Shown here: positions 61,010-64,000 of the stretch, one piece after another
Position numbering within the stretch: the first letter of the stretch is position 1
How the letters are laid out: each line of letters begins with the position of its first letter
Assembly: GCA_030704615.1 (NCBI GenBank)
Contig: CM060734.1
Span: forward strand, 26,164,001 to 26,228,000
DNA: 64,000 nucleotides
Reading direction: 5' to 3'
DNA from: Takakia lepidozioides
Lineage: Eukaryota; Plantae; Bryophyta
The notes under the pieces: model-generated
Databases searched by the model: none
What the model was told of the DNA's origin: nothing
What the model saw: only the letters and a program-made list of their open reading frames with translations
Made by a program: the position numbers and the translations under genes

Positions 61010-63185
61010 CACGTTGGAATTCCGGCGACGGATTTCCATCCTGCAGGTAATTCGGAGCGCAGCAGGATGGATATCCGGCGCCGAATTTCCATCCGCGGAG
61101 GAAGGGCAGCGGTGGAAATTTCCCTCACGCAGGTAATTCGGAAGCCCGCGGATGGAAATCCGGCGCCGAATTTCCATCCGCGGAGGTAGGGCGGCGCTGG
61201 AAATTTCCCTCACGTAGGTAATTCGGAAGCGCGCGGATGGAAATCCGGCGCCGAATTTCCATCCGCGCAGGTAGGGCGGTGCGCCAAATTTCCCTCACGC
61301 AGGTAATTCGGAAGCCCGCGGATGGAAATCCGGCGCCGAATTTCCATCCGCGGAGGTAGGGCGGCGCTGGAAATTTCCCTCACGCAGGTAATTCGGAAGC
61401 GCGCGGATGGAAATCCGGCGCCGAATTTCCATCCGCGCAGGTAGGGCGGTGCGCCAAATTTCCCTCAAGCAGGTAATTCGGCGCCGAATTTCCATCCTGC
61501 AGGTAATTCGAATCCCGGATGAATGGAAATTCGGCGCCGAATTTCCATCCTGCAGGTAAGTCGGATCGGTGCCGTATGGATATTCGGCGCCGAATTTCCA
61601 TTCGCCATGTATTTCTGCGCGAGGAATTACCTTCGTGCAGGTAATTTCCATATAAGAATTACCTTCGTGCGGGTAATTCCCATATAAGAATTACCTTCGT
61701 GCAGGTAATTCCCAGATGAGAATTACCTTCGTGTAGGTAATTATGGACGAGGAATTAACATCGATTGGAATTACCTGCAGGAAGGTAATTCTCATCTGGG
61801 AATTACCTGCAGGAAGGTAATTCTTATATGGGAATTACCTGCACGAAGGTAATTCCTCACGCAGAAATACATGGCGAATGGAAATTCGGCGCCGAATATC
61901 CATACGGCACCGATCCGACTTACCTGCTGGATGGAAATTCGGCGCCGAATTTCCATCCATCCGAGATTCCACTTACCTGCTGGATGGAAATTCGGCGCCG
62001 AATTTCCATTCATCCGGGATTCGAATTACTTGCAGGATGGAAATTCGGCGCCGAATCTCCATCCATCCGGGATTCGAATTACCTTCAGGATGGAAATTCG
62101 GCGCCGAATCTCCATCCATCCGGGATTCCACTTACCTGCTAGATGGAAATTCGGCGCCGAATTTCCATTCATCCGGTATTCGAATTACCTGCAGGATGGA
62201 AATTCGGCGCCGAATCTCCATCCATCCGGGATTCCACTTACCTGCTGGATGGAAATTCGGCGCCGAATCTCCATCCATCCGGTTTCCACTTACCTGCTGG
62301 ATGGAAATTCGGCGCCGAATTTCCATTCATCCGGGATTCGAATTACCTGCAGGATGGAAATTCGGCGCCGAATCTCCATCCATCCGGGATTCCACTTACC
62401 TGCTGGATGGAAATTCGGCGCCGATTTCCATTCATCCGGTATTCGATTACCTGCAGGATGGAAATTCGGCGCCGAATCTCCATCCATCCGGGATTCCACT
62501 TACCTGTTGGATGGAATTCGGCGCCGAATCTCCATCCGGGGGATGGTCTCTGTCGGAGCGGTGCCGCCTCTCGCCGGCTCTGTTGGATATTCGGTGCCGA
62601 ATTCCGTCCGGGGGTTGAAATATGACGGCCAGGTGCCGACCTCTCCCTTCTCCCCGACTGCATTGGAACGGCCCCGAATTGAAATTCGGCGCCGTTTTTC
62701 CCATCGGTGGAGGTTTTTTATGTCGGCCAGTTTTCGGTCTGACCCCCCGACAAGACTTCCTTTGGGGGGCCCGGATGGAAATTCGGCGCCGAATCTCCGT
62801 CCAGGGGATTTTCTCTGTCGCACACTCGCGGCCTCTGCGCCGAGGCGACTTCATCCGGAAGTCCCCTGTTCGATATTCGGTGTCGAATTTCCGTCCGGGG
62901 GTTGAAATGTGACGGCCAAGTGCAGGCCACTCCCCCTCCCCGACTGCATCCGAACCGCCCCGGATGGAAATTCGGCGCCGTTTTTCCATCTGGGGATGTT
63001 TTTATGCCGTCCTGTTTTCGGCCTGACCCCCCGACACGACTCCCTTGGGGGGCCCGGATGGAAATTCGGCGCCGAATCTCCATCCAGGGGATGTTCTCTG
63101 TCGCACACACTCCGGCCTCTGCGCCCGAGGCGACTTCATTCGGGCTTCCTCTGTTGGATATTGGGTGCCGAATTTCCATTCGGGG
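61010..63185. repeat. Array of the 22-bp palindrome GGAAATTCGGCGCCGAATTTCC (>20 copies or variants), with large-scale mirror symmetry centred near 61760
   Basis: The palindrome recurs every ~59 bp (61930-62530) and ~89 bp (61070-61430). 61490-61740 is the inverse of 61790-62050. There are 30-bp aattacc..ggtaatt units at the centre and ~290-bp units at 62530-63185. Confidence 0.95.
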
Positions 63186-63467
63186 TAGTAATGTGACGGC
63201 ACGGTGCCGGCTTCTCCCCTTCAGCCGTCATCATCCGGACGGCCCCCCACTTTCTGACTGCATACCGTTGGCAGTTATTGCGCAAAGACGAGGGGCCGCA
63301 TTCCGGAGACAAGGTTCATTAACACTCTGACTGTGGATTTTTGAGATAGTTGGCTCCCTGGATTTGGATCAGGCTTCGTCGCTCGGACAAATCGGCATCG
63401 CATTCGTTCCCATCGCTGCACCCCCTTCTACAGGGAGCTTCTCCGCACGCCATCCTGGCAGTCTTGT

Positions 63468-63851
63468 GTGCACATCTCCCATGGCGGAAAACCCGAGCGC
63501 TACAGGTACTGCCCTCCTCACGAGCATAGAGCTTCATTTTCGTGCAGAGGGGACACCTGCCGGGTGATGGAGAAATATCTGTGCGTTCGATACCACCTGA
63601 AAACGGGGTCGGTTTTTTTGGAGGAGGAAAGGAAGGACTCAAACGGCCTTGTTGTCGAGAGTATTGTTGTGCTCCACGATGATTTCGGCGATGGCAGGGA
63701 ATGGCGAGTTCCACCATCGGACAGCGTCATATACAGGGCTGTTGGGGACTTCATTTGCCGCCCAAATGCACCGTCTATCCTGGCGCCTTCCACGAAACAA
63801 TCCGCGAATCAGAGAGTGGTACCTCAAAGAGAGAAGTCCGCAACGAAGTAA
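63468..63851 (+). CDS. Hypothetical ORF, divergent from the ParB/MTase gene
   Basis: Protein-like segment MEKYLCVRYHLKTGSVFLEEERKDSNGLVVESIVVLHDDFGDGREWRV. No recognised motif. Confidence 0.35.
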   Translation: MHISHGGKPERYRYCPPHEHRASFSCRGDTCRVMEKYLCVRYHLKTGSVFLEEERKDSNGLVVESIVVLHDDFGDGREWRVPPSDSVIYRAVGDFICRPNAPSILAPSTKQSANQRVVPQREKSATK

Positions 63852-64000
63852 ATCCAGAGCCGAACCCATCCATGAAGACGACCGAGAACCGGGTTGTCAC
63901 AACCTGTCCGACTCAGACGAGGTCATGGACGTTCCGAGGTCGTCCTGGAGATCAGGCAAGTCTCAAGGACGTCAGTGGAGGGGGAGTCATATTCAGCACG

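Larger units (their letters stand above)
54007..64000. mobile_element. Large (at least ~9 kb) unclassified element carrying a ParB-like/MTase gene and palindrome arrays; right end not located
   Basis: Left end defined by the inverted copy at 1-527. CpG-rich, with long ORFs and two arrays sharing one palindromic core. No transposase seen in the window. Confidence 0.6.

Noticed and set aside
60839-63196. Many ORFs with repeated MEIRRRIS / WKFGAEF peptides
   Set aside because: Translation by-products of the palindromic array; they appear on both strands and in all frames.

Overview
Eukaryotic, repeat-rich nuclear DNA, most likely from a non-seed land plant (inferred from a plastid-targeted AGPase and a PLS-class PPR relic; the species cannot be determined). 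There is one clearly intact host gene: a 9-exon ADP-glucose pyrophosphorylase small subunit on the minus strand (15699-6611, 527 aa, all GT-AG introns, ABRE/CE3 cluster upstream). The rest is nested mobile DNA and gene relics. Three unrelated mobile-element types each carry a different methyltransferase-like domain. (1) A large, CpG-rich element beginning at 54007 has a spliced gene combining a ParB/Srx-like DGNHR domain with a permuted (beta-class) N4C/N6A DNA methyltransferase-like domain, plus two arrays built on the palindrome GGAAATTCGGCGCCGAATTTCC. A second, inverted copy of its end occupies 1-527. (2) A Gypsy-like Gag-protease element has a complete C5-cytosine DNMT domain (49160-53990, with further copies at 25600-27520 and 29310-29690). 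(3) An RNase H-bearing retroelement has a PCIF1/CAPAM-like N6-adenine MTase segment (530-4140), split by a TIR element. Also present: LINE pieces, a MULE transposase relic, a Tc1/mariner MITE, a PPR-E pseudogene, DnaJ/GDSL gene fragments and a ~200-bp-arm hairpin. All protein calls come from motif recognition by eye, not from database searches.
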